Shown: in pieces, positions 28,397 to 37,885 of the stretch
Layout of the letters: every line of letters begins with the position of its first letter
Position numbering within the stretch: position 1 is the stretch's first letter
Origin: an uncultured Chloroflexia bacterium
GTDB taxonomy: Bacteria; Chloroflexota; Limnocylindria; Limnocylindrales; CSP1-4
Direction: 5' to 3'
NCBI GenBank assembly: GCA_963741915.1
Contig: CAVUJW010000013.1
Span: forward strand, 203,791-267,790
DNA: 64,000 nt
The notes under the pieces: model-generated
Database searches by the model: none
Told to the model about the DNA's origin: nothing
Seen by the model: the letters and a program-made list of their open reading frames with translations, nothing else
Translations under genes and position numbers: made by a program

Positions 28397-28582
28397 ATGG
28401 CCATCGAGGCCGGCCGGGCGCGCCGCGTGGCGGTCGTGACCGGGCGGACACGAGGTGCGATGAGCACGGGCGCACGATCGAACGCCGCATGGCCGGGATC
28501 GACGGTCCATGGCCGTTGCCGAACAGACTCGGTTGTCCGGTCACCGCCCGGCAGCTCCCAAGGATCGAGCAACCTCGAGTGA
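28397..28582 (+). CDS. 61-aa ORF, possibly a remnant of an SDR N-terminus
   Basis: MAIEAGRARRVAVVTGRTRGAMSTGARS... The stretch RVAVVTGxTRG resembles the SDR Rossmann start, but the rest is not SDR-like. Its stop overlaps the GTG of the next gene (GTGA). GC3 is ~75%. Confidence 0.25.
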   Translation: MAIEAGRARRVAVVTGRTRGAMSTGARSNAAWPGSTVHGRCRTDSVVRSPPGSSQGSSNLE

Positions 28583-29775
28583 GAACCGAGCTTCTGCGTC
28601 CTCAGGATCCCGCCTGGCCGACCTGGCTGCGCGAGGGCGCGCACGACATCTACCAGACGGCCGGCTTCCACGCCTACGCGGAGGGGTCGGGCGAGGGCCG
28701 AGCGTTCCTTGCCGTCCTGGGTGATCGTCACCGGGGACTGGCCTGGCCGTACCTGCTCCGCGATGTCGCCGGCGTCCCGGGTCTGGCCGGATCCGACGCC
28801 ACCGACGTCACCTCGGTCTATGGCTACCCCGGGCCCGTCGCGTGGGGATGCGATCCCGGTGACCGGTTCCTCGGGCTCGCGTGGACGGAGCTCCTGGCCC
28901 TGTGGCGCGACCAGCGCGTGGTCGCCGCCTTCACCAGGTTTCATCCGTTGATCGAGAACGTCTCGCTGGTCGCGGGCTTCCGGGGCGAGGAGGGCCTCCG
29001 GATCGGGATCCAGCCCGTCATCCGGCTCGGCGAGACGGTCTCCATCGACTGCGCCATCGACGATGAGGCGGCGCGGGGTGCGTATCACTCCAGCGAGCGG
29101 CGCAACATCGAGCGGGCCCGCGACGACGGGCTGATCACGGTCGAGGACGAAGGCTGGGCATCCCTGGGCGAGTTCGCCCGGCTCTATCGCGCGACGATGG
29201 CGCTCAACAGGGCGTCCCCGTACTACTACTTCTCCGACGCGGACCTCGTGCGTCTCCGCGATGCGCTCGCGGATCACGCCCATCTGCTGGTGACCCGCCG
29301 CGGGGACGACATGGTCGCCGCCGGGATCCTGATCGAGTACGCGGGGATCGTCCACACGTACCTGTCGGCTTCGGATCGTGGGGTCCGCCCATCACCCAAG
29401 CCGCTGTTCTACGACGATGCGCGGCGGTGGGCGCGCGCCCGCCGCAACCGCCTGCTGCACCTGGGAGGCGGTCGCGGCTCGACCGACGACTCGCTGCTCG
29501 CGTTCAAGCGCCGCTTCTCCGCGCTACGGCACGCCTTCCACGTTGGCAGGTGGGTGCTGGATGCACGGGCTTACCGCGACCTGGTGGTGATGCGCAAGGC
29601 CGTCAACGGACCCCATCCGAGCCTGGATCCCGCCTACTTTCCCGCGTATCGCGCCGAGCGGCCAGCCCGCTCGGCAGGGGTCGGGGCGGCCGACACCGCC
29701 GCGCCGGCCATGAACGGAGGGCCGATGACCGGCCGCGATCCCGGCGATCGCCCGCCCCAACGCGACGCCCGGTGA
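28579..29775 (+). CDS. FemAB/BioF2-like (Acetyltransf_6, GNAT-fold) acyltransferase, paralog 1
   Basis: The ORF is open from 28489. The GTG at 28579 aligns with the paralog N-termini (VRTELLRPQDPAWPTWLREGAHDIYQTAGFHAY). Shared blocks: VYGYPGP, FTRFHPL, RRNIERA, IVHTYLSAS, RLLHLGGGRG...LLAFKRRFS. Confidence 0.7.
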   Translation: MRTELLRPQDPAWPTWLREGAHDIYQTAGFHAYAEGSGEGRAFLAVLGDRHRGLAWPYLLRDVAGVPGLAGSDATDVTSVYGYPGPVAWGCDPGDRFLGLAWTELLALWRDQRVVAAFTRFHPLIENVSLVAGFRGEEGLRIGIQPVIRLGETVSIDCAIDDEAARGAYHSSERRNIERARDDGLITVEDEGWASLGEFARLYRATMALNRASPYYYFSDADLVRLRDALADHAHLLVTRRGDDMVAAGILIEYAGIVHTYLSASDRGVRPSPKPLFYDDARRWARARRNRLLHLGGGRGSTDDSLLAFKRRFSALRHAFHVGRWVLDARAYRDLVVMRKAVNGPHPSLDPAYFPAYRAERPARSAGVGAADTAAPAMNGGPMTGRDPGDRPPQRDAR

Positions 29776-30461
29776 TCGTCCAGCGGCGCCTCAAGCGTGC
29801 CGGCGACGTCCTGGGTGCCGCCGTCGGCCTGGTCGCGCTCGGTCCGCTCATCGCCGGGACGGCGCTCCTGGTCCTCGCGATCGACGGCCGCCCCGTGCTG
29901 TTCCGTCACCAGCGACCCGGGCTGGGCGGTCGGCCGTTCACGATGCTCAAGTTCCGCACGATGCGCGACCCTGCCCCGGGTGAGGGCTGGCGGATGGGCG
30001 ACGGCCGGCGCGTCACGAGGCTGGGCCGCATCCTGCGCTCGACCAGCCTCGATGAGCTGCCCGAGCTGTGGTGCGTCCTGCGCGGCGAGATGAGCCTGGT
30101 CGGGCCACGCCCCTTGCTCGTCGAGCATCTCGCCGCCTACACGGCGCAGGAGCGACGCCGTCATGACGTGCTTCCGGGGATCACCGGCTGGGCGGTCGTC
30201 CACGGTCGCCACACGAGCAGCTTCCAGGAACGGCTCGCCCTCGACGTGTGGTACGTCGACCACTGGAGCCTGCTGCTCGACCTCCGGATCCTCGTGCTGA
30301 CGATCGTCCAGCTCCTTCGACGGTCCGACGTCGTCTCGGTCCAGGACCCCGCGCTCGTGAATCTCCCGACGCGGTTTGCCGCTGCGGAGGAGGGGCTGCG
30401 CTTCGGGATCCCGAGCGGCGGCCGGTCTGATCCGGGCGAGCCACGAGCGGACGCCGGCTGA
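29772..30461 (+). CDS. small monotopic phosphoglycosyl transferase (bacterial sugar transferase, PglC/WbaP-C-like), copy 1
   Basis: The GTG at 29772 overlaps the upstream stop. Sequence: [25 protein letters not shown]...[27 protein letters not shown]...[21 protein letters not shown]...[12 protein letters not shown]. Confidence 0.85.
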   Translation: MIVQRRLKRAGDVLGAAVGLVALGPLIAGTALLVLAIDGRPVLFRHQRPGLGGRPFTMLKFRTMRDPAPGEGWRMGDGRRVTRLGRILRSTSLDELPELWCVLRGEMSLVGPRPLLVEHLAAYTAQERRRHDVLPGITGWAVVHGRHTSSFQERLALDVWYVDHWSLLLDLRILVLTIVQLLRRSDVVSVQDPALVNLPTRFAAAEEGLRFGIPSGGRSDPGEPRADAG

Positions 30462-30462
30462 T

Positions 30463-31883
30463 TCAGGCCCGGACACCGCCGCGGGGCGGCACGCCGATCC
30501 CGAGAACGCGGACCCGGCCGGGCCAGGCGAGGTCGCGGAACCCGTTGCGTCCGTCGAGCACGACCTCGAGGTCCGGGAACCACGCGGAATCCAGGTTGCG
30601 AAAGGCCGGGTCCGCCGGTCTGGAACACGATCGCCCGGGCGCCGGACGGCGACGCCCAGGTCCACGGCTCCGCGCCGCAACCCCTCACCTCGTCGGTCGA
30701 GAGCAGCGGATCCCAGGCCGCGACGTACGCACCCCGGGCGGCCAGCGCACCGATGAGCGGGATCGCCCTCGAGTAGGCCAGCTCATGGACGCCCTCGCGG
30801 TAGGTCAGGCCGAACACCAGCACCGGCACGCCATCCAGACGCCCGATCGCATCCTCGAGCGCTCCCACGGCGACCTCGACCTGGCCGTCATTGACCCGTC
30901 GGGCCCGCTCGACCAGGCCCATCTCGGGCGCCCGCGACAGGAGGAAGTGCGGGTACACCGGGATGCAGTGGCCACCGACCCCCAGCCCGGGCTGGTGGAT
31001 ATGGCTGTACGGCTGGCTGTTCGCGGCGCGGATGACCTCCAGCACGTCGATCCCCACCCGGTCCGCGTACCGGGCGAGCTCGTTGGCAAAGGCGATGTTG
31101 AGGTCGCGATAGGTGGTGTCGGCGAGCTTGCTCAGCTCGGCCGCCTCGGCGCTGCTCATCGCCACCACCTCCGCATCGAGCACGGAGGCGTAGAACCTCG
31201 CCGCCCGGTCCGTGGAGGCGCGGCCCGATCCCGCCGACGAGCTTGGGATACGTCGCGAGGTTCCGGAACACTGCGCCGGTGAACAGCCGCTCGGGCGAGA
31301 ACGCGAGGTGGAAGTCGCGTTCGACGACCAGCCCGCTGGCCCCCTCGAGCAGCGGGCCGTAGCGACGGCGGGTGTCGCCGACCGGCAGCGTGGTCTCGAA
31401 GATCACGGTCGCGCCCGCGCGGACCCCTGGGGCGATCGCGCTGGCCGCGGCGTCCATGTGCCGGTAGTCGGGTTGGTGATCGCCGTCGAGCATGACCGGC
31501 ACGATGAGCACGATGACGTCCGACTGGCGGGCCGCCGCCGCGCCGTCGAGCGTTGCCCGCAGCCTGCCCGCCGCGTGGGCCCCCGCGACGCGCTCTGCGA
31601 GGCCCGGCTCTTCCGCGACGTGCGCCCGGCCCCCGTTGACCGCCTCGACCACGGCCGGGTTCACGTCGACCGCGATGACGTTCCACCCGTGGGATGCGAA
31701 CTGGGCGGCGAGCGGCAGCCCCATCTTGCCGGCGCCGACAACGGTGACCGTGCCGGCCGTGCCCGGCTCGCCCGACCATGGCGTCACCGACCGCACCGGT
31801 CCGTGATCGCACGGCTGCGCGGGCAGCTGGATCGTGCCCCCGATCACGCTCGCGGAGGTCGACGGTCGGTCGGTGATGGTCAT
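30463..31883 (-). pseudogene. UDP-N-acetyl-D-glucosamine/nucleotide-sugar 6-dehydrogenase (WbpA-like) with two apparent 1-nt frameshifts (~31220 and ~30616)
   Basis: There are three colinear pieces. The first is VTVVGAGKMGLPLAAQF...YPKLVGGIGP (frame of ORF 30888..32369). The second is ASTDRAARFYASVLDAEVVAMSSAEAAELSKL...GLGVGGHCIPVYP...AIVFQT (frame of ORF 30161..31183). The third is ADPAFRNLD...VVLDGRNGF...GVRA* (third frame, stop 30463). Confidence 0.8.
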
Positions 31884-32905
31884 CGCGCGGGGATCCTCGC
31901 CGCGAGCTCGGTCAGGTCGGTCGGCCGGCCCTCGGCGGCTGCCTGCAGCAGGCCGGCAGCGATGGCCAGCGCCCACAGCCCGTCCTCGCCGTCCACGACC
32001 GGGCGACCGCCCGACCGCGCGACCTCGAGGAACGCGTCGAGCTCGGCCGCGAGCGGCTCGTGGCTGGCCACCTCCATCGGCACCACGTTGCCCTCGAACG
32101 TCGTTGCGTAGCCGTCGATGATCGTCGGGCTGCTGATGTCCGCGCTGGTGAACGTCAGCCGCTGGGTGAGGTAGTCGAGCTCGAACATCCCCGCCTCGCC
32201 CACGACCGTCAGCTGGCGCCGCTTGGCGGGCGTCAGCCAGTTGACGTCGAGCATGCCGGTCGCGCCCGAGGGGAAGTGGAGCAGGCCGAACAGCAGGTCC
32301 TCGTTGGTGGCGTGGAGCCGCTGGGCGGTCTCCGCGTAGACCCGGGTCGGCCGCTCGCCCGCGACCCACGACAGGATGTCCGCGTCGTGGGTGGCGAGGT
32401 CGATGGTCACCCCGACGTCGCGGATCCGGGCCGGGAACGGTCCCGCCCGCCGGCTGGTGATCGAGTACAGCGTCCCGACCCAGCCCTTGGCCAGCCGACG
32501 CCCGAGCTCCAGGACGGCGGGGTTGAACCGCTCCACGTGGCCGACCTGGAGGGGGACGCCTCGCCGCTCGACGGCCGCCACCAGCTCGATCCCCTCGTCG
32601 ACGGTCGCCGCGAGCGGCTTCTCGACGAGGACCGGCAGGCCACGCTCGATCGCCGCCAGCGCCAGCGCCCGGTGGGTGGTCGTGGGCGAGGCGACGACCA
32701 TCGCGTCCAGCCGCGCCTCGTCGATCATCGCTCGCGCATCGCTGAAGGGCGCGGCGCCGGTCTTGGCCACGGCGTCGGCCACCAGCGCCCGATCGGGGTC
32801 GGCCACCGCGGCCAGCGTGCAGTCATCCCGTGCGGACAGGTGGCGCAGGTGGTTGCGGCCCATCGAGCCCAGGCCGGCGAGCCCGACCCTGAGGGGCGCC
32901 GGCAT
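31880..32905 (-). CDS. Gfo/Idh/MocA family oxidoreductase (WbpB-like)
   Basis: 341 aa from ATG 32905: MPAPLRVGLAGLGSMGRNHLRHL...VLVEKPLA...GHVERFNP. It overlaps both neighbours by 1-4 nt. Confidence 0.8.
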   Translation of the reverse strand: MPAPLRVGLAGLGSMGRNHLRHLSARDDCTLAAVADPDRALVADAVAKTGAAPFSDARAMIDEARLDAMVVASPTTTHRALALAAIERGLPVLVEKPLAATVDEGIELVAAVERRGVPLQVGHVERFNPAVLELGRRLAKGWVGTLYSITSRRAGPFPARIRDVGVTIDLATHDADILSWVAGERPTRVYAETAQRLHATNEDLLFGLLHFPSGATGMLDVNWLTPAKRRQLTVVGEAGMFELDYLTQRLTFTSADISSPTIIDGYATTFEGNVVPMEVASHEPLAAELDAFLEVARSGGRPVVDGEDGLWALAIAAGLLQAAAEGRPTDLTELAARIPAR

Positions 32906-34020
32906 CAGGCCGCCCCTCCGGCCGCCGGGGCGGCCCCGACCGGCGTCGCGACCTCGCGGATGGCGGTGATCACGGCTTCCAGCTCGTCCAGCGCGAGGTT
33001 GGGTCGCACCGGGATCGAGACGACCTCGTCGGCGAGGCGATTGGTCACCGGCAGGTCCTGCTCGGCGGCCCGGGGAAGGTAGGCCTGGAGGTACCCCTGG
33101 CGATGGACGGGCACGGGGTAGTAGACGAGCGTCCCGATGCCACGCTCGGTAAGGCCGTCGATCACCGCCTGCCGCTGGCCAGGGAAGCGCATCGTGTACT
33201 GGTGCCACACGTGCTCGCGCCCCTCGGGGATACCGGGGACCAGGTAGCCTCGCAGGCCCTCGGTGAGGCGGGCCGCATGGTGACGGCGGCGCTCGGTGCG
33301 CTCGTCGAGCCGCGCCAGCTGCGCGAGCCCCAGCGCCGCCGCAAGATCCGTGGGCTTGAGGTTGGTCCCCAGCGACTCGTGGTGGTAGCGGACCCGCATG
33401 CCGTGGTTGCGGAACAGGCGCAGGCGATCCGCGACCGCGTCGTCATCGGTCGTCGCGAGGCCGCCCTCGCCGGTCATCAGGTTCTTGGTCGCGTACAGGC
33501 TGAACATCGCCGGCCCGAACTGGCCGGCCCGGCGGCCCCGGTAGGTGGCGCCGTGGGCCTGGGCCGCGTCCTCCACGAGCCGGATCCTGCGGCGTCGCGC
33601 GATGTCGACGAGGGGATCCATGTCCGCCATCAGGCCGTACAGGTGCACCGGCATGATCGCCCGCGTGCGGGGCGTGATCGCCGCCTCCACGAGGTCCGGA
33701 TCGAGGCAGAAGTCATCCGCCCGGATATCCACGAAGACCGGGCGAGCGCCGACTCGCAGGATCGCGCTGACGGTCGCGTTGAAGGTGAAGCTGGTCGTGA
33801 TCACCTCGTCGCCGGGGCCGATCCCGAGCGCCTCGAGGATCGCCTCGAGGGCGACGGTCCCGTTGGCCATGAACACCGCGTGCCGGACGCCGCAGTAGGC
33901 GGCCCACGCCTCCTCGAACTCGACGCTGCGGCGGCCCATCGCAAGCATGCCCGAGCGGAGCACGTCGATCACGGCCTGCTCCTCGGCCGGGCCCAGGTCT
34001 GGCTTCGAGATCGGGATCAC
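32905..34020 (-). CDS. DegT/DnrJ/EryC1/StrS family aminotransferase (WbpE-like)
   Basis: The GTG at 34020 is preceded by GAAGGAG 8 nt upstream. Sequence: VIPISKPDLGPAEEQAVIDVLRSGMLAMG...EDAAQAHGA...SLYATKNLMTGEGG (PLP-Lys motif). Confidence 0.85.
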   Translation of the reverse strand: MIPISKPDLGPAEEQAVIDVLRSGMLAMGRRSVEFEEAWAAYCGVRHAVFMANGTVALEAILEALGIGPGDEVITTSFTFNATVSAILRVGARPVFVDIRADDFCLDPDLVEAAITPRTRAIMPVHLYGLMADMDPLVDIARRRRIRLVEDAAQAHGATYRGRRAGQFGPAMFSLYATKNLMTGEGGLATTDDDAVADRLRLFRNHGMRVRYHHESLGTNLKPTDLAAALGLAQLARLDERTERRRHHAARLTEGLRGYLVPGIPEGREHVWHQYTMRFPGQRQAVIDGLTERGIGTLVYYPVPVHRQGYLQAYLPRAAEQDLPVTNRLADEVVSIPVRPNLALDELEAVITAIREVATPVGAAPAAGGAA

Positions 34021-34658
34021 GTTGCTGACTCCTTCGTGCGCTCGAGGCACCGGTCGCCATCGATGGCATAGCGGTCGCCGCACGCCGGGCACCTCGCCTC
34101 GCCCGACGCATCGCCGGGCAGGGGCAGCCCGTCTCGGCCGACCAGCCGCCTCCCGCAGGCACACACCCAGCCGAGCCGGCGGGCGGGGTTGCCCGCCACC
34201 AGCGCGTGGTCGGGCACGTCGCGGGTGACCACCGCGCCGGCGCCCACCGTGGCGAACCGCCCCACGTCCCGGCCGGCGACGACGACGGCACCCGCGCCGA
34301 TCGAGCAGCCGGTGCGGAGGCGGATCGGGCTCACCACCCAGTCGTCGGCGCGGGCGAGGTCCCCGGCTGCGGTGATCGCCCGGGGGAACCGGTCGTTGGT
34401 GAGGATCGCGTTGGGCCCGATGAACACCCCGTCCTCGACCGTCACGCCGTGGTAGACGAGGGCCGCGTTCTGAATCTTGACCCGGTCGCCGATCTCGACG
34501 CCCTCGTCGATGAACGCGTCGCGGCCGACGATGCAGTCGGCACCGATCCGGGCCCCGGTCCGAACCTGCGCTCGGTGCCAGATGCTCGTTCGCGGCCCGA
34601 CCGACACGTCGGGCTCGAGATCGGCGCTGGCGTGGATGCGGGCGGAGGGATCGATCAC
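34017..34658 (-). CDS. left-handed beta-helix (hexapeptide) N-acetyltransferase (WbpD/WlbB-like)
   Basis: 213 aa, MIDPSARIHASADLEPDVSVGPRTSIWHRAQV...NDRFPRA...VAGNPARRLGWVCACG. It has hexapeptide repeats and a C-terminal Cys-rich tail. Confidence 0.8.
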   Translation of the reverse strand: MIDPSARIHASADLEPDVSVGPRTSIWHRAQVRTGARIGADCIVGRDAFIDEGVEIGDRVKIQNAALVYHGVTVEDGVFIGPNAILTNDRFPRAITAAGDLARADDWVVSPIRLRTGCSIGAGAVVVAGRDVGRFATVGAGAVVTRDVPDHALVAGNPARRLGWVCACGRRLVGRDGLPLPGDASGEARCPACGDRYAIDGDRCLERTKESAT

Positions 34659-34969
34659 GGACGGGAAGGGCTCCTACGGCGGGCAGGGCACGGTCCGCCC
34701 GCACGCAGGACCATAGCAGGGGCTCCGCGGACTCGGCGGCGGTCCTCGATCCGAGGGCGCGTCCGCGGGATCTATTCGTTGCTCGCCGGCACCGAATTGC
34801 ATGCCGCCTGGGATTGGGCCAGTCGGGGGTGCGCTACCTTGGAGGCGCGCCGCTGCAACCGCCGGGCGCCCCGAAGAGGTAGGTCTTTGGAGTTCCGGAT
34901 CTTCGTGCTGCGTTCATGCGCCACCGTCCGCGTCCGGCGCCCGTACGAACCACGCTATCGCGGCGAGGA

Positions 34970-36133
34970 ATGGGTGAGCTCATCATGAAGGTCGCACTAC
35001 GGCGGGAACTTGCTCGCCTGGATGCAGCCGACGGCGTGACGCTCATCCGCCTGGGTGGCTCGGCCTGGGACGACGCGCTACAAGCCGTCCCGGCGAGCGT
35101 GTTCCATGGCGCCGGGTACCACCGCTACAGCCGTGGATACGGGGAGGGCGAGCCCTACCTGGCGGTCGTGGGGGATCGGGTCAGGGGCCTGGCATGGCCG
35201 TACATCCTTCGGCCGATCACGGACCTCCCCTGGCTGGCCGGCAGCGGCGCCACGGACGTGCATTCCGTGTACGGATATCCTGGGCCGCTGGCCTGGGGTC
35301 ATGCTCCCGGTGACGGCTTCGTCGCGTGGGCCCTGGGCCAGGTCGGCGAGACCTGGAGAAGGCAGGGGGCGGTGAGCGCCTTCACTCGCTTCAATCCCGT
35401 GCTCGACAACGCCGGGCTCGTCCGGGACCTTGCGAGCGACGACGGCTGGATCACCCCCGCGGGCGTGAAGGCAGCAGGAGCGACGGTGTCCGTGGATCTC
35501 ACGCTCGACCAGGACCTGGTTCGCGCGCAGTACGGGCGCGACCTGGCTCGATCGATCGCGGCGCTCCGGCGACACGGGCTGGTGACCGTGCACGACGAGT
35601 GGTGGGATCACCTGTCGACGTTCGCCGATCTCTATCGCAACACGATGACGCGGATCGGCGCGGCAGATTTCTACTGGTTCCAGGAGCGCGACTTCGAGCG
35701 GCTGAGGGCCGACGTGGGAGACCACCTGCACCTGCTGGTCACGACGCTCGACGACGTCGTGGTAGCCGCCGGCCTGTTCCTCGAGCACGATGGTGTCGTC
35801 GAGTGGCACCTCGTCGGATCGAACGACCGGTTTCGCGACCTCTCGCCGTCCAAGCTGCTCGTCGACGACGCGATCCAGTGGTCGAGGGAGCGTGGCAACC
35901 GCGTGCTGCACCTCGGAGGCGGCCGCGGTGGTCGCGAGGACTCCCTGTACTGGTTCAAGAGCCGCTTCTCGCCCCAGCGCCACCAGTTCAGCACGGGTCG
36001 CTGGATCCTGGAGCCCGACCGGTATGCAGCATTCACGGCGGCTCGGCAGGCCGCGCTGCCTTCGGGGGCCTCGAGCGATCCGGACTTCTTCCCAGCCTAC
36101 CGGGCGCCGGTGCGCCCGGACGGCGCCTCCTGA
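34970..36133 (+). CDS. FemAB/BioF2-like acyltransferase, paralog 2
   Basis: The ORF is open from 34916; the start is ATG 34970 or 34985. Shared blocks: VYGYPGP, FTRFNPVL, VVEWHLVGS, RVLHLGGGRGGREDSLYWFKSRFS. Confidence 0.7.
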   Translation: MGELIMKVALRRELARLDAADGVTLIRLGGSAWDDALQAVPASVFHGAGYHRYSRGYGEGEPYLAVVGDRVRGLAWPYILRPITDLPWLAGSGATDVHSVYGYPGPLAWGHAPGDGFVAWALGQVGETWRRQGAVSAFTRFNPVLDNAGLVRDLASDDGWITPAGVKAAGATVSVDLTLDQDLVRAQYGRDLARSIAALRRHGLVTVHDEWWDHLSTFADLYRNTMTRIGAADFYWFQERDFERLRADVGDHLHLLVTTLDDVVVAAGLFLEHDGVVEWHLVGSNDRFRDLSPSKLLVDDAIQWSRERGNRVLHLGGGRGGREDSLYWFKSRFSPQRHQFSTGRWILEPDRYAAFTAARQAALPSGASSDPDFFPAYRAPVRPDGAS

Positions 36134-36153
36134 CCGGAGGCGCGGCAGTCATC

Positions 36154-36856
36154 CTAAGGGCTGCCGGACGTCGAGACTGATGCCTCCGGGTCCGCTGCCG
36201 ACAGGGCGCTCGCAGATGATCCGCCGTTGGGCAGGACGAGGCCCGCATCGATCGAGGCGAGGAAGCGCGGGGGCATGATGATGTCATCGAGCGTCTGTGT
36301 GACGCGCACGCCCCGCCGGCCCAGGACCTGCCCGACGGTGCGGCCGATGATCTGGACGTCGAGCCACAGGCTCCAGTGATCGATGTACCAGATGTCCATC
36401 TCGAGCCGTTCTTCGAACGGCACCATGTGGCGGCCGGAGATCGCTGCCCAGCCGGTGATCCCAGGCCTCATCTCGTGGCGCCTGGCCTCGCGCGGCGTGT
36501 AGCAGGCCGAGATACTCCTCGAGCAGCGGTCGCGGGCCGACCAGGCTCATGTCGCCGCGCAGCACGTTCCACAGCTCGGGCAGCTCATCGAGGCTGGAGG
36601 CCCGCAGGAACCGACCGAGCCTGGTGACCCGGATCTCATCGGTACGAAACCAGGTATCGCCGGGCGGGACTGGTCGCATCGTCCGGAACTTGACGATCGT
36701 GAACGGCCGCCCGTCCCGACCCGGCCGGCGCTGGCGGAACAGGATCGGCCGGCCCATCGTCGCCGCGATGGCGACGGCCGTCCAGGCGAGGATCGGCGAC
36801 AGGACCAGAATGCCCAGGATGGCCCCGACGATATCCATCGCGCGCTTCAAGGCCAT
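36154..36856 (-). pseudogene. small phosphoglycosyl transferase, copy 2, with an apparent 1-nt frameshift near 36502
   Basis: MALKRAMDIVGAILGILVLSPILAW...GRPILFRQRRPGRDGRPFTIVKFRTMR...[29 protein letters not shown] is in the frame of ORF 36284..37885. It continues as YTPREARRHEMRPGITGWAAISGRH...DHWSLWLD in the frame of ORF 36154..36471. Confidence 0.8.
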
Positions 36857-37885
36857 TGACGCAGGCCTGGAGGCTGGAACGCCGCCCCCGCCGGCGGCGC
36901 CCGTGCGGCCCATCCGCCCCGATCTCCCGCGCAGAACCCGCTCGCGGAGCCGATGCACGGCGCCGCCGGGGACCCGTCGCAGGCAGCCCAGCACGTAGGT
37001 GTACCACTGGTCGCCGTACGGCACGTAGCAGCGCACCCGGAACCCCTCGCGCACCAGCCGGCGCTGGAGGTCTGGGCGGACCCCCATGAGCATCTGGAGC
37101 TCGAACGAGGACCGGTCCCGGCCGGCGACGTCCGCCGCACGGCGGACGGTCTCGATCGCGGCTGGATCGTGGGTTGCGATCGCCGGGTCGGTCGCTCCCG
37201 CCATGAGCGTCTCGATGTCGGCCAGGAACGCCCGATCGACCTCGTCCTTCGCGTGGAACACGATCTCGGGGGACTCCCAGTAGCCGCCCTTGACCAGCCG
37301 GATCCGACTCCCGTCCGCCATCAACCGCGGCAAGTCCTCGCGATGACCGAGGAGATAGGACTGCAGCACGATGCCGACGCGCTCGGATCCGAACGCCGCA
37401 CGCGCCTGCTCGAACAGGCCGATCGTGGCCTCGACGTAGCGCGACTCCTCCATGTCGATCCGCACGAAGATGCCGTGGTCGCGGGCGCGCTCGAGGATCC
37501 GCCACAGCTGGGTCCGGCACAGCCCGCCGTCGATGTCCAGGCCGATCTGGGTGAGCTTCAGCGACAGGTGCAAATCGACCCCTGACGCCAGGATCCCGTC
37601 GAGCGCCCCGATGACCTCATCCACGGCGGCCACCGCCTCGGACTCAACCGTCACGTGCGTGCCGACGTGGTTGAGCGTGGCCGCGATCCCCTGCGCGTTG
37701 AGCGCCCGGACCTTGTCCAGCGCGGCGGGTAGGTCCTCCCCGGCAACGAACCGCCAGGCGACGTCGCGCACGAACGGCGTGCTCATCGCGAACCTACGCA
37801 CCGTCGACTTGCCGGCGACCCAGCCCAGCACCCGGCGCGCGGCCGATCGGCGCGGCTCGGCGGCCTCGGGCGTAGCCGTCAACAC
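36857..37885 (-). CDS. proline dehydrogenase family domain, reading without a stop into the sugar transferase
   Basis: FVAGEDLPAALDKVRALNAQGIAATLNHVG...SLKLTQIGLD...FVRIDMEESRY...VGIVLQSYL...IRLVKGGYWE...ATHDP...FELQMLMGV...RCYVPYGDQWYTYVLG follows the Pro_dh domain pattern. There is no in-frame stop before ATG 36856. Confidence 0.75.
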
